Part shown: piece by piece, positions 12,131 through 24,168 of the stretch
How the letters are laid out: the number at the start of each line of letters is the position of its first letter
Numbering within the stretch: the stretch's first letter is position 1
Made by a program: the position numbers and the translations under genes
DNA from: Amphiscolops sp. MND2022
Lineage: Eukaryota
DNA: 64,000 nucleotides
Direction of reading: 5' to 3'
Assembly: GCA_964187785.1 (NCBI GenBank)
Contig: OZ076419.1
Span: 23,560,001-23,624,000, forward strand
The notes under the pieces: model-generated
The model's database searches: none
What the model saw: only the letters and a program-made list of their open reading frames with translations
Told to the model about the DNA's origin: nothing

Positions 12131-15033
12131 CAGTAACTGGCGGAGAGAAAGCGGAGAGCGTAGGCGAATTTATTCTCTTTCTCTCAGCTAAATAGCGTTG
12201 CTAGGATCAACCGAGCATAATTCTATCAGCTTGAGCTCAAATAATTCAGTTAAGAAGCGACGCTATTGGTCCGTAAAAATAGAAACACCCATTACTAGCT
12301 TAGTTGAGTGACGCTGTCATAACGTTGTAAACATTTGCTTAAAATCACTTGATTGAGGTTTTAAGTGGATATTGACAACTACTTTTAATACTGGAAAAAC
12401 AATTCCATGTTATTTTGTATGTTCTTTCATTTTAGATCGGATGAACTCCGTTGCGATATCGGAGTTAATTATTATCTTTGATGTTTTCATTTTAGTGTGG
12501 AGCAAAGAAGAAAATGATCCCATTTAGAAAATGTTTCTGTTTTAATATTTAGATTGGCATGGCAAAATCAGAAGATCAAACCGGAAATAAGAAATAGCGT
12601 TGCGCGTGAAAACATTCGACTGAAAGTTTTAGTTAGTCCAAAATCATTTCTGAAAATATTCCGTGACACTTATGTCGTATTTTGGAACTAGAAAATTATC
12701 TACAAATAACCTGGCTGTACTGTAAGTAGAAACAAGTTAATGTTTTAATGATACTTGCAGTATCCTCGGCCGCGTCCTCTTCCCATCACGAAACACCAGT
12801 CGCAACCACAACCGGGAGCGGGTCGTGACATTATCAGATCTTGCCAGGAAAGAAAGCGCTTCCAGTCATTTTCGATATTTCGTTTTCCAAACACATTATG
12901 GTTTTCTGGCATCACGTATATACCAATCAATAGTGCAGGATAACCGAATTTTTGACCTTGTTTCCGAATTGTATCGAGACTCGCCAAACCAAGGTGGGGA
13001 TCGAGTTTGACCGTTTTCAAACTTCTGTGTTTTTACGACTGGGGCAATATTATTTGTTTTCTGATATGACAGACAAATAAACGCAGTTTATCGGAAGTAT
13101 GGACTTTTCTTCTGAAGTCAGGAGGAAGGTGAGAAATTTTTCATTTTTAATGTTTTTTGGAACCCTTTTTGCATTATTAGTTTTCAGATCTGAAGAGGCC
13201 TATGAAGTTGAATGTATTCCATTACGTTTTCTTTTTCAAACAATTGAGGTATGAAAGTATCCGTGGATTAATAAACGGGTCTTGTAACGAAGCAAAGTGC
13301 GCAAAATTTTGCAGTGCCATTGCACTTTTTGTTTTTTTTCTACCGGGTTCGTAATACACTAAGCGTCATAAAAAGTAACAGAGCAACCAAAAACATATCA
13401 GTTACCACGTAGTTAATCCACTGAACCAACAGTCGTTTGACAACGCCTCAGACGTTCAAAGACTGCTTGGGAATTGAAAAAAATGTGAGTGACATTTCAC
13501 CGAATCAAAGATTTTTCCTAGAGAAAGAAACTAACAAACTCTCTGAAAAAAATCCAAGATTTAGGATCGCATCAATTACAAAATTTTAAAAGGAGCCAGA
13601 ATTTTTACAATCCGAAATTGTTCAAAAAGTCAAAAGTCAATAAATTAAAAACGAACAGAAACGATGTGAAAAATGTAATGTATGTAACGGCAAGCTGTTA
13701 TCGGTCGCTTAACACGTTAACAGAGGTGGAGGAACCTGCCCTTGTTGAAACTGCTTGAACTTTTTGCATGTGCTTTAATGTTGCCAGCAACGTTTATTAT
13801 GATTTTCTAAAACTCTTACGGAAACTTTCATGCGAAAATTTGTGCCTGTTATATTTAACTTTTATCAAGCTGCTTGAAAGATTCATCAAAGTTTTGGCGG
13901 CAATTTTAAGCCTTGAAGTTTTGCAGGTTTCATTAAGCACCAGGTATAATTTTGAAAGCAAATAAGGCGCTATCAATTTTACCGCTAAATCAATGCAAAA
14001 TAACTTCAGTCGCATAATAAACTGCAAGTTAGCGTCATGTCTAGCGTGCTATTTGAGAAGCGGTGATCACATCAGATGAGTAGTTGAGAAACAAAGTGTA
14101 AATACAAAGTGATCGTGTCGGTAATCTAGTGTAATTTATTTCCAATTTTAATTACAATAGTGGAAAATGCAGTGTAATTGTACATGATTTACCAACTGAA
14201 GTTCACTGAATTTTCTAGGTTTTATAAAAAATTACCCTGCATGCATGCCTGCAGCATGTAAAAAGTTCCTGCAGCTTCAACTAGGGTGCAGGAATGGGTG
14301 AATCGCTCGGGACAGGCGCCCATCGCCACAGATCCATTTTGCCTCCAGGGGTGAAATACGTCCCGGGGCCGCGGGTGCTTCGACGAATACTGTCCAACCG
14401 GTCCTAGTCTTTGATTGCTAATAGTAACGGGCATCTTTCTGACTCTCTAAAGACCACCGCTTAACTAGCACATAAAAACAATGCCAAGAATAAGGTAAAT
14501 TTCCAGTTCCAGGGTGACATGTGAATAAGATCTAAAATTGGGGAATAAGATCTAAACTAGCGCTAGCGCTACTGAATACAGCCAAAATCACTGAAAATAC
14601 ATGAAAACTGGCACGAATATGGCAAACCACACAGCTAAAAAGCTGGGGCGCAGGGGCTCCAAGCACCAAACAAGGATCTTTAGGCGAAAAGACTCATTTT
14701 TACGGTTTCCGCTACATAGGGTAGCATAATGCTGAAAATCGACAAAACCGGTGTTAGCACCTCAAAAAGAGTCTATTTTCGGTCGTTCTTGCCGTCTCTG
14801 GCTTCTGTCATGGCGGCGCGCCCGTATTTTTGCTCGTTCTTGCTCTTTGTTGTCGAAGTACCTGCCAATTTCGTGGAAACAGCGAAAAGAGCAATCACAT
14901 GCTCAGTGCCACGTCACACATCGGATTAGAATTTTTGACAAAATTTCTGAACATGTCAAAGTTGCAAAATCGGTTGATATTGCTGTACCAGAGCTTGCCG
15001 TTACAGTATGTTTGGTTATTGACAATTCATTCA

Positions 15034-15242
15034 GGATCTTTTCTGTTAATTCCCCCCCCCCCGCCAATTTAATTCCCCCCAGTTAAGCGGCCAAGAGAAA
15101 TTATCATTGAATTAATACTAACAACCAATCAAATTGCAATATTTTATAACTCTAACTGCATCTGAAACTCATTGCTGATAGTGGTGGGGAATTAAAATTT
15201 CCTCGCTTACTGTGGGGGTGGGGGGAATAACAGAAAAGATCC
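15034..15242. mobile_element. MITE of 209 bp with an 8-bp TSD (hAT-type signature)
   Basis: TIRs GGATCTTTTCTGTTAATTCCCC and GGGGAATAACAGAAAAGATCC. TTCATTCA at 15026-15033 and 15243-15250. Confidence 0.75.
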
Positions 15243-18200
15243 TTCATTCAAATATGTTTGGTTATTGACAATTCATTCATCGGCTGTGACGTAAAGAAAT
15301 GTCAACTTCATTTATATCTTCTGGGATTAACAGAAGAAAACAACTGGCTGTAGTTAATTTAAAAATTTTGAAATGATTAGTCAACAAGAAATGCACCTTG
15401 TTTTTTTCCAAAATGAATCCAGTTAACTTTAAGTCCTAGGTCAAGATCAAACCGCTCTGAAAACAAGATACTCCAAGAAAGGTAACGTCTGTTAAATAAT
15501 TAAACTTCAATAACGTTAAACCGCATTTTCACAGAATAGGGCTGAAATGCGAATTGACGAAAATGACGTCAACACCAAACATGCTTGCTGTGGTACCTGC
15601 CAAATGAATTGAAGGAAGCGAAACAACACAAGCAACGAGAGACCTCCGAAAGAATAAGAAGAAAAGAGAATGGCCTGCTAACGCTGGAGACTCAATTAGC
15701 AGATGCTAATTACACTGAGACGGAAGAAGGACTTTTCTCGTACTTTTAGCATGTGTCCTGCACCATCCGCAACAGTAAGCGCTCCAACATAGCTTGCCGT
15801 CACAAATGGTTTGAGAAAATTTTGATTTGAGCCTTCTAAAAAAACATGATTACTTGCGCTGCCAGCCGAATGTAATATTTTTTGTAACTCTTGCCGATCA
15901 TATATTCGATATAGCGCAATCAAAATCAGTTATGGGGACTTTTTTTTAGAAGCAAATCATCCGCTAACGACTTAGTTTAACTGCGTTTCGGATCGTTTCG
16001 GATCGGGAAAACGTTTCTACAAAAGCATCGTTATACACAGGGTCTGCAATAATGCTCACGGTTGTGTTTTCGGTGAAAACGTACTCAGTCTGTCGTGGCT
16101 AGCTTGACTGGTTAGTTCTTGGACATCATCTAATTCATGGGCGTTCCACATTATTGAACCTTCTCCTAGGGCTATTTCTTCATTCGAACTACAAGGTTCG
16201 AAGTTAGAACCTGAGAGACTGTCCAACCTTTGATGACAATCTTCAATTACACTCATTGTTTCCCGTTCACTGAGTTCAGTGTCTTTAAGCCTCTTAGAGA
16301 CTTTATTGTCAATTTTTGCTAGATATTTTTTCAAACCCTTCTCAGACAAACTAGAGTTTTCGACGAAGCGCTGGCTGCTGAACTCATTGTCATCTCTATT
16401 TTGCTAAGGTAGTCTCTCCTCTATGTCTACACATTGAGACGAGTCGTCAGGCACCCCAAAACGAGTACAAGACAAACAAAACAAAGACAAAAAGAGTCGT
16501 GTGGGGTGGAGGACTTTTCTTGGATCGTTGAAACATGAAGCACATTCTCCCCCACTTTATAGTCCAAAGTATCGTTAGCCGCTGAGGACGATTAGAAACT
16601 TTTCGATCGGACAACGGTACAATGCTCATTTAAGCAAACTAAAACCTAAAGCTGATATTCTGAAATACAGAATCAGAACCTCAGTTTTGCAAGACTATTA
16701 CACATGGGTATTCACTAGGTTTCGAACCTAGCTATCAGCGCCATTATTTAGAGGCGCTTGGAATATGCTCAGCAACAACATTCAAAGATACAGTCTCAAA
16801 AACCGCCTGAACACGACTGGTGGGTGACACTGCTTATTCGCTAAACGTTACATATCTAATCGAAAACGTAGTGAACCATAGGCCCCTCACAGCTGTCCCT
16901 TTTGACCACCGTCTTAAAAAATGATTCCAAATCACCTCATGCAGGGAAGACCGACAGACATAACGCCTACTGCAATTTTAGAATCACGAAACGTCAATCA
17001 GAATCAAAGATGCAACTGTTGAATCTTGCAAGATGGATGATTTACTTTGGGGGTGACTCAGGTGAGATAACTTAGCCAAACTGACACCAAGTCAAAATGG
17101 ACGAGTTTCTTGTTGGTTGATTGCAGTTTGGACATCGATAAAATTTTATACTCCCAATTTCAGTTATCAGTGTGATCATATTGAAGACTAAAGTTTTAGG
17201 AATGCCTAATTAGTAAATATCAAAAACAAGACCTACAAAACTTACCAATTTAACAAGTCGTATTTTGTCGGCGCTTTTGAGAAAAAAGTCTGACTTTTAC
17301 AGAAAGTACCCTTAATTTACCATTTTTTGTTGTAGAGGTTAATCGTTTTAGGGGAAATCAATCAGTTGTGGCGTGTTCGCATCTCTGCTTCAGCCAGCAA
17401 TTTGTGTCGTGCCCTTGCATTTCACTGAAGAGGAGTCGGTGTTTCGAACGTATTGCGCTGAACCGGAATTTTTAACGTTATATCCGAAGTGAATTGCGTT
17501 TCACTAAGGAGGAGGACTAGGTTCAAAACAGGTACTCCCTGGCGGCCCATCACGAAATATCTAAACATTTGACGTCATTATCGGAGGTATATTGCGTTCT
17601 ACTGAAGCGGGTGGAGGTTGCATTAATATAAAATCTTTGCGCTAAATCCGACTTTTTTAGGACCGACGAATTGAGCAATTTCAAAAAAAATTTTAAAATT
17701 TGATTCTAGTACCATCCAACTGCCACTTGTCTCAGGGGTATAATCAGTTCTCCTGGCCCGTTGACGGGATCGGAGAAACAGAAATACGAGGATTCTAGTC
17801 TCTTCTTCTTTGGTTTTCTTTGCTTGCAAAAGAGTAAAAGGGAGACCAACGTATCTCTGGTTTGGGATTTTTTTGGCACTGTGCAGCTTTTTTTTGACAA
17901 AAGTTTGTTTAGTAAAATGGTATATGGATGTTTTTATCTCCAAAAAGGCGTTTTGCAAGCTTAAAGCTCCATTTTGGGCACCATGAAAGTTTTTTTCTGA
18001 AACAAAGTTTTTGTTTTTTTAAATGCGTTCTTCGTTGTTTCCTGTTCGTGGAAGAAATGTTTTCGTATCTTGAATTGATAAAAGTATTAACAAAACGTTC
18101 CCATTTTTAGGAAAATTAGTTTTTTGAAACTTGAGTGGGACTCCGTTTTGGACAGTTCCCGGGTTCCCGGCTTGTTTTTTTGTGATGTTCGATACTATCG

Positions 18201-19516
18201 TATTCAAATCATCAACTTTGGAAGCCTGAAGTGTTCATTTTGGAGCGTATAACCCTAAATTTCCGGATTCATCCAAAAAACTTTAAACGTTCGAAAGAAG
18301 AGAATCAGGGCTTTCAAATCATTTTTTGAACAGCTGGCTCCGGACTTTGCGCCAAACTTGGCACGCCTCGTGTCTTTGACTGCAGTTCATCATGCTTGAG
18401 AACATGCTAGGCCCACTTTGACCCAATCTTGATACCAGTGGGATAAAGTGGCCACAGACGAAAACTTGAAAAAGCGGAAAACCTGTGCTGAACTTTTTTC
18501 TGATTTTTTTGTCCCGTTTTCTGGATTTCGGAGACATCATCTCAATATTCCGTGAAAAGGCGTGCAATGCTATGTAATATCGTCTGAAAATCTTATTCGA
18601 GAGTTTTCTCTACCATACAGTCAGCTGGTGTCTGCAGAAGTTTGCAGAAACTAACTGGTTCGAAATCGTACCATCGTCCATTTAGGGTAAAGAACCAATC
18701 GACTGTTGTTATACCACAAAGTTCGCCAACTTTTGATGAAAATTTTATAGCAGACACGAAATAGAAAAACTTGGCAGCAACGAATTCAACGTCAATAATA
18801 TTGACTATCGTTGGTCCTTTCTTAACCTTTCCATCTTTCATTCTGTCCTGATCAACTTTTAACCTTTTAATACAATAAAGTGAAGGGAAAAAACTTGAAC
18901 GAAGTATCGAACGTGTTTATGTTTTTCTCTCGGCGCAATGTGCCAAAGTGTTTAAATTCAATCGACTGTGCCCGGAATCTTGTCGAAAGAGCTGAGTAAA
19001 AGAATTTCCTGGTCATTCCATTGTTGTCTCTCGAACTCAGTACTTCAGAAAAATTCTTTCTTGTTTATTAAATATATGTACACTAATGAATTTTCAAAGA
19101 GAAATTCTATTCAAATATTTTTCAAACTTTTGTCCAAGATGCATTATATCTATCGATTTGACAACCAAGTGTATTTTAGATCCATTGTCTTTCATCATTC
19201 GACAGATATAAGTCTTTTGTTCACGAGAGCCCCAGAATCCAGGCACACCTTTTTAGAAACAATTTTTGTAAACTGTCTTCAATAGTCCGGAAAAATCGAT
19301 TTTTTTGGAGAAATGGTGGGATTATCTATTTCTTTTCAGGTGTGATTTCACAATCACGCTTGTTATTGTATTTACGTGTTCAATATTTATGAACCTTGAA
19401 AGGCTGGCAATTTCTGTTTGAGCTAGAATTCGTCGGTGGCAGATATTTCGAGAATATTTCATCTATATCAAGGCTTCAAACTGAACAATTAATGACAACA
19501 CTTTCCATGATATGAA

Positions 19517-19837
19517 ATGAACTCAAATTACATAATCAAATTCATATCATTATATGTTTCATCCCTTTTTGCTCTTGGAACGTGCCTCGTGTTCAAAACC
19601 TCACAAGATGTGATAATCGACAACATTGTCTTTGTGGAAACATTAGTCACAATTGTGCCTACAATAGAACCCATGTGTTTTTTCCTGTGTGAAAGAATGA
19701 CAGAGGGTCGAGCGAATTTGAGGAATTACAACCAAAGTACAAACAAGTGTGTTTGTTTTTTCGCGTCAGAAGACTTCCGAGATTCCAGAAAAGTGGCTCC
19801 TGTGGTAGAAGGAGAAGCATTTTTGGCCAACAGTTAG
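19517..19837 (+). CDS. Possible small secreted Cys-rich protein (PAN/apple-like Cys spacing), may be a pseudogene fragment
   Basis: ATG, hydrophobic signal-like N-terminus (IIKFISLYVSSLFALGTC) and a C-x3-C...YN-x3-NKCVC pattern. Confidence 0.3.
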   Translation: MNSNYIIKFISLYVSSLFALGTCLVFKTSQDVIIDNIVFVETLVTIVPTIEPMCFFLCERMTEGRANLRNYNQSTNKCVCFFASEDFRDSRKVAPVVEGEAFLANS

Positions 19838-20265
19838 CAAAATATTTCTTAGCAACATAATAAAGTTTAGTTACAGAATACTGTCAATTGTGCTCAAACT
19901 TCTTTGAATTGTTTCAGCTGCACTGTTTGAGAAAGAAATGATTCGTTAGTATTCTCCTTTTATATTTGCCTTTACTCATAGTCTTGAACTGGCTAAAAAG
20001 ATTTCGCGTTGTAGAAATTCTCAGGGAAAAATTTAGTGACCAATATTGACAGGTTCAAAAATGTTTCCTTTTTCGAAGAACATTTTTGGTTGCTCCAGAT
20101 GGAAGTTGAATTTTTTGGGTACAAGTAATTAGTAGGTTGTGTTTTCACAAAGACTCGTTTTTTATTGGCAGCAGTAAAATTTCTTCGATAATTAAAATTT
20201 CCAGAAAGTTAGGTCATCATTTGTCTTTGTTTCTTTACTAATTTTTAGTAATTGACTGACTATGA

Positions 20266-20619
20266 ATGCCAATGTCTACGATTTCCGTCATTAAAAAATG
20301 CTTTTGTCTGACTTTTTTAGTGTCAGTTTGCAATGTGAAAGTGTCGCCAGATTACAGTCGACAAATTGCGACAATGCAGTATGATGATTTATCAACAGAC
20401 GAGTGCTTGGTGCGGGGTGCGGAGCGGAACGAATCGGATTTCTCTCTCGTCTACTGCCCTGTGGATGGTATTTGTGGATTGGATCTGAAACCTGAAAATA
20501 CAACAACCCTGAGTGAAACTTCTAACAAAACATGCTTTGTTTTCATCCGAAATGTGACATATTGCTCTTATCTCGATGAACACTTGGCTGGTAGGTTCTA
20601 TATTTGTTATTTTCATTAA
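20266..20619 (+). CDS. Possible secreted Cys-rich ORF fragment
   Basis: ATG, hydrophobic N-terminus and several Cys (ECLVR, YCPVDGICGL, TCFV). No clear family. Confidence 0.2.
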   Translation: MPMSTISVIKKCFCLTFLVSVCNVKVSPDYSRQIATMQYDDLSTDECLVRGAERNESDFSLVYCPVDGICGLDLKPENTTTLSETSNKTCFVFIRNVTYCSYLDEHLAGRFYICYFH

Positions 20620-20879
20620 AGAAATGGGAACCATGGTCACACTTTCTGACTATTTTTTGTCAGTGTTCTTAGTACAGATGTTCTATCTTATCACTGTGTC
20701 GACTTATCAAGTGTTTTGTTATTCAGATTTCAATGTATGCGAAGGTGTTGCTTCGACTCTCATCTTAACCCCCATTGTTCACCTTCATCGTTAACTTCCT
20801 CTATCCTCTACAGGAGACGTATGACGTATATGCTTTGTAATAACCAGTCTAATAAATTCGCTTTTACACTAACCAATTT

Positions 20880-21295
20880 TAGTCGGCGCACTTTAGCAAA
20901 ATGAGCCCGACTATAACAGTGGCAAGTTTTTTTTTTTCGTCAGATAACAGAATGTATGCGTAGTGGACACTTTTTACAAAACTACTAAACTACTGGACCG
21001 GCAAACGGAAACGCATCTAAGTTAGTGCAAAGGGTCCCCCCATTCATTTACTACCTTGTTAATGTAAGAAACAAAACCGGACGAGACTATAGGGTCCCCC
21101 CTTCAAATTTTTTTCGGCACTATGCAATTTTTTCCGAAATTATTCGTCGCCAAAGGGCTCCCTTCAATTTCTTTGATATTGTGCAACAAACTGGACTTTC
21201 AAAAAGCTGAAAGGGTCCCCCTTCTTACAATCTTACAAACTTTGCGCGTTTTGAGCTTTAGATATAGCGCCGATTTTAGACGTTCCCGTATTCTT
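20880..21295 (+). repeat. Copy of the dispersed repeat family ending ..GCGCCGATTTTAGACGTTCCCGTATTCTT
   Basis: Shares the GGGTCCCCC(C)TT modules and terminus with 56700-57289. Confidence 0.65.
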
Positions 21296-21700
21296 TGAAT
21301 ACAAACCTCTCAGACGGATATTATAATGTCTTGCACTTCGAATGTTCTTTGATAGATCTAACACTGCAGCTCTATTAGTAGTCTCCTTCGAGGTACTTCT
21401 ATTCGGCCAATCTGTTATCTGAAAAAACGTTAAAGAGGCTAATTTATCTCAACATAACCAATTCAATCCTCTAGTATTTTAGTGTTGAGAACAAATGAAG
21501 ACAATTGACCAAGGTTACGACTGCTACTGTTTTCTTGGGTATGAAAAGCAAGCAGATTAGGAAAGGGGAAGTTCGTAATGCTATGAGACTAACAAATTAA
21601 ATTTCGCAGACGTTTGCCAAAAAGGTTTCGATTTTTACTTTAGCCCTTCTGGATAGCTTTGAATGTGAAATTGAAACATCTTATTGTGCTGATATGGCTG

Positions 21701-22330
21701 TGTGATAATCCTCCCGCTCTGAGTCCTTTTGAAACCATTGAAGCGTCTAAGTCAAGTTCGTTATGATAAAAAAGCTTAGCAGGACGCCTCAGATCTTTCA
21801 TGTCAGAGGCCTTCAGAGAATAACCTTCGTCTTCTGAATCCGAGTTTTGTATGTTAGATCCGCGAACTCCATTAGATCTATCATTTTTGGAGCCCGATGG
21901 TTGAATGTTCTGAGTTTAGTTTATTTCAGACCTAGGTATGGTTATCGTCGATGCGCACGTATTGGTTTTTATCTCTTTCAAGATAGCTTCTAACTTGTTT
22001 TCCAGTTCTTCCCTCATATTCATTATTCTATCATTGTTCTTCTGTTCAACGATTTCGATCCAAACCTGGATCTAATCTGATTGGGTTTGGTTAGCTGAGG
22101 TCGTAATTCGTCTTCACCTAAATTTTCTTGAACAACGTTATTTACATTAGTCAAAGTTTCAGTTTCATTACCTTGAGATGGTGCATCTATCTGCATTTCG
22201 CTCAATCCTCTATCTGGAGATAGTGATTCTAGTCTCCTAGACCTCCTGTTTTTTCTGTTCCCCAACTTGCTCAAGTGAAAAAAGGATAATAGTTATTGGG
22301 GGAAGACTTTGAATTATTCGACAAATTCGA
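21701..22330 (-). mobile_element. Partial LTR (U5 side) of a family related to element 39074-55472, with degenerate gag N-terminus
   Basis: Plus-strand TGTGATAATCCTC at 21701 is the same LTR end as at 39074 and 53836. ORF 22023-22274 (..GNRKNRRSRRLESLSPDR..) is homologous to MVNKRNRRSRRLATPSPER. The far end and TSD were not identified. Confidence 0.7.
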
Positions 22331-22599
22331 GAAAATCCAGTTGACTGGAAACTCGATGATTGTTGAAGGGAACTGCTACCACAGCCTTGAATTCGAATAA
22401 AGATTTGATCATTACTATATTCTGCTAAGATAGAATGAGAATCAATTTTGTGAGTGGGTGGAAATTTTTCGTGTTCATTGAAACAATGTAATTGTTATTT
22501 TGCGCCAAGATATAATTGCGCAGAAAAATCATAATCTGTGTTGCGTTTTTTTTTCACAATTCTGGCAAATCTCCACGATCTCCATAAACGACTTGACTA

Positions 22600-22820
22600 T
22601 TTTTATAGTTACTTGACTATTGTTGACGCATACTCGCTCCAGTATGACGTATGCCCAGAATCTCATTCTCGCATATGCTCATTCTAGTAAATTCCTCATA
22701 GTGACGGATTTAGTAACTAGTAACTAAAACAGAAGAAGAATCTTCCACTAAGATAGTCAAGCAACTAAAATAGTCAACTAAGAAGGCGGAAAACATCCCG
22801 TTGCTTAGCGGGCGTCTTGT
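22600..22820 (+). repeat. HINE/Helentron-like non-autonomous repeat end (hairpin CCCG-N8-CGGG followed by CGTCTTGT)
   Basis: GGAAAACATCCCGTTGCTTAGCGGGCGTCTTGT is nearly identical to 36347-36380. The left boundary is approximate. Confidence 0.45.
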
Positions 22821-23963
22821 GTTATAGAATTTTCTAATTTGTTGTGAATGATTTCCTAATTTTTTGGAGAGGTTCTCTTATCTAGTTGACAGTTTTCTGT
22901 TTATCGCAAAGAGCATTTCCGCTGAAATTGGATTTGTATCGCCATTTGGTATAATGTTGCGATTTGTGAAATTTGAAAAGAGCCTTGGAGCTTTGTACTC
23001 CAATGATGTTAGTTTACCTTCTTGAGTGGGAAGAAATGGAAGTAGCGTGTGATCAGTAAAAAATATAACAAGAATTCTGGGGATATTTAATGCACTGTAA
23101 GGGAGAAAGTCACAGAACAATGTTGAGTATTAATACGAGAGTGTACGAGAGTTTGAACAAACGACTAGCATTTTGTTTTCAATATCGGTTACAACAGGAA
23201 TGCCCCAAGACCAAAGAGAGAGGCGCCTGTAATGTAAATTGAGTGAGTGGTGTTTGATATAGCAAGTTCAGTGTCTTTTTTCAAGATATGTGTGATATCT
23301 TCGAAGAGGTTGTCAAATTTGGTCATCGAGGACAAGAGTCTAATTTGGTTTTCAAGAAATGTGACAACTCTTACTAAAAGTGGAAAAAAAATTAATTGAG
23401 CCAATGGATCTCATCAGTTCTTGTTTATTAGTGCGAGTCTTTAAGTATGTATTCCAGCAATTTTGAAAGTTTTTGTTTGAACGGTGGTTTTGCCTAATTC
23501 ATGAATTAACAATTAACAGTAAGGAAGGAAAACTTTAAAAGATTTTCCATGTGCTGTTTCTAGATTTTTGAAAGTCCAGTTTTGAAGAAATTGAACACGA
23601 ACAAGTGAAGTTTAGCTGAGAAAGAAGGGGTGTATTAAAAAACTCAAAAAACGCGTAGTTATAAATATGATGGCTCAAAGAGGAACAGAGCAAATGCGTA
23701 CATGATGACAACAGCTGATTTGAGTTTTGTTCGGCATGTGCTAAAAAAAGCAGCTAATGGGTCCAATTTTCTAAATCTTGGTCAGTTTCAAATCTGGCGT
23801 CGAGAATAATTTTCACCAAGTCTACATTTTGAATGATAAAGAATAAAATTACGATGGTGGTACGACAATATAATTTATCAGTTTTATTTGAGCCATTCTG
23901 ATAAAATTTTTCTAAGTCGTCGAATTTCTTTTTACTTTTTAACGATAGTGATTTGAGACTTCG

Positions 23964-24032
23964 GTTGGACTTGAAGTTGGACTTGAAGTTGGACTTGAAG
24001 TTAGACTTGAAGTTGGACTTGAAGTTGGACTT
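23964..24032. repeat. 12-bp minisatellite (GTTGGACTTGAA) x5.7
   Basis: Direct reading; one variant unit (GTTAGAC). Confidence 0.95.
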
Positions 24033-24168
24033 TTGTGTTTAATATCATTTCAATGCGTTTCGATATTTAACGAGCCTTCTTCACAGTTTTAGGCATTGGT
24101 TTGCGTAAATGGTAGAAAACTGAAATTTGAGTTCGTGTAATGTCAATCGGAACGTTTGGAAAGAAATA

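Larger units (their letters stand above)
10372..12830 (-). mobile_element. Solo LTR (about 2.46 kb) of a Gypsy family related to element 25860-34425
   Basis: Plus-strand ends TGTTACGACT...GGTCGTGACA. 5-bp TSD TTATC at 10367-10371 and 12831-12835. The right end resembles the LTR ends at 28238 and 34425 (ACAACCAC..CCGGGAGCGGG..GT(G/A)ACA). Confidence 0.9.

Noticed and set aside
14235-14440. GC-rich island as an HDV-like or hammerhead ribozyme
   Set aside because: It has a CGAAT-like 3' segment, but I could not build the nested P1-P4 pairing or the CUGAUGA core.
22878-23404. Membrane transporter fragment
   Set aside because: One hydrophobic stretch only; the frames are broken and there is no diagnostic motif.
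23900-24035. KSNF-repeat protein encoded by the 12-bp minisatellite
   Set aside because: The frame is closed by stops just upstream, has no start or splice support and is under 70 codons.
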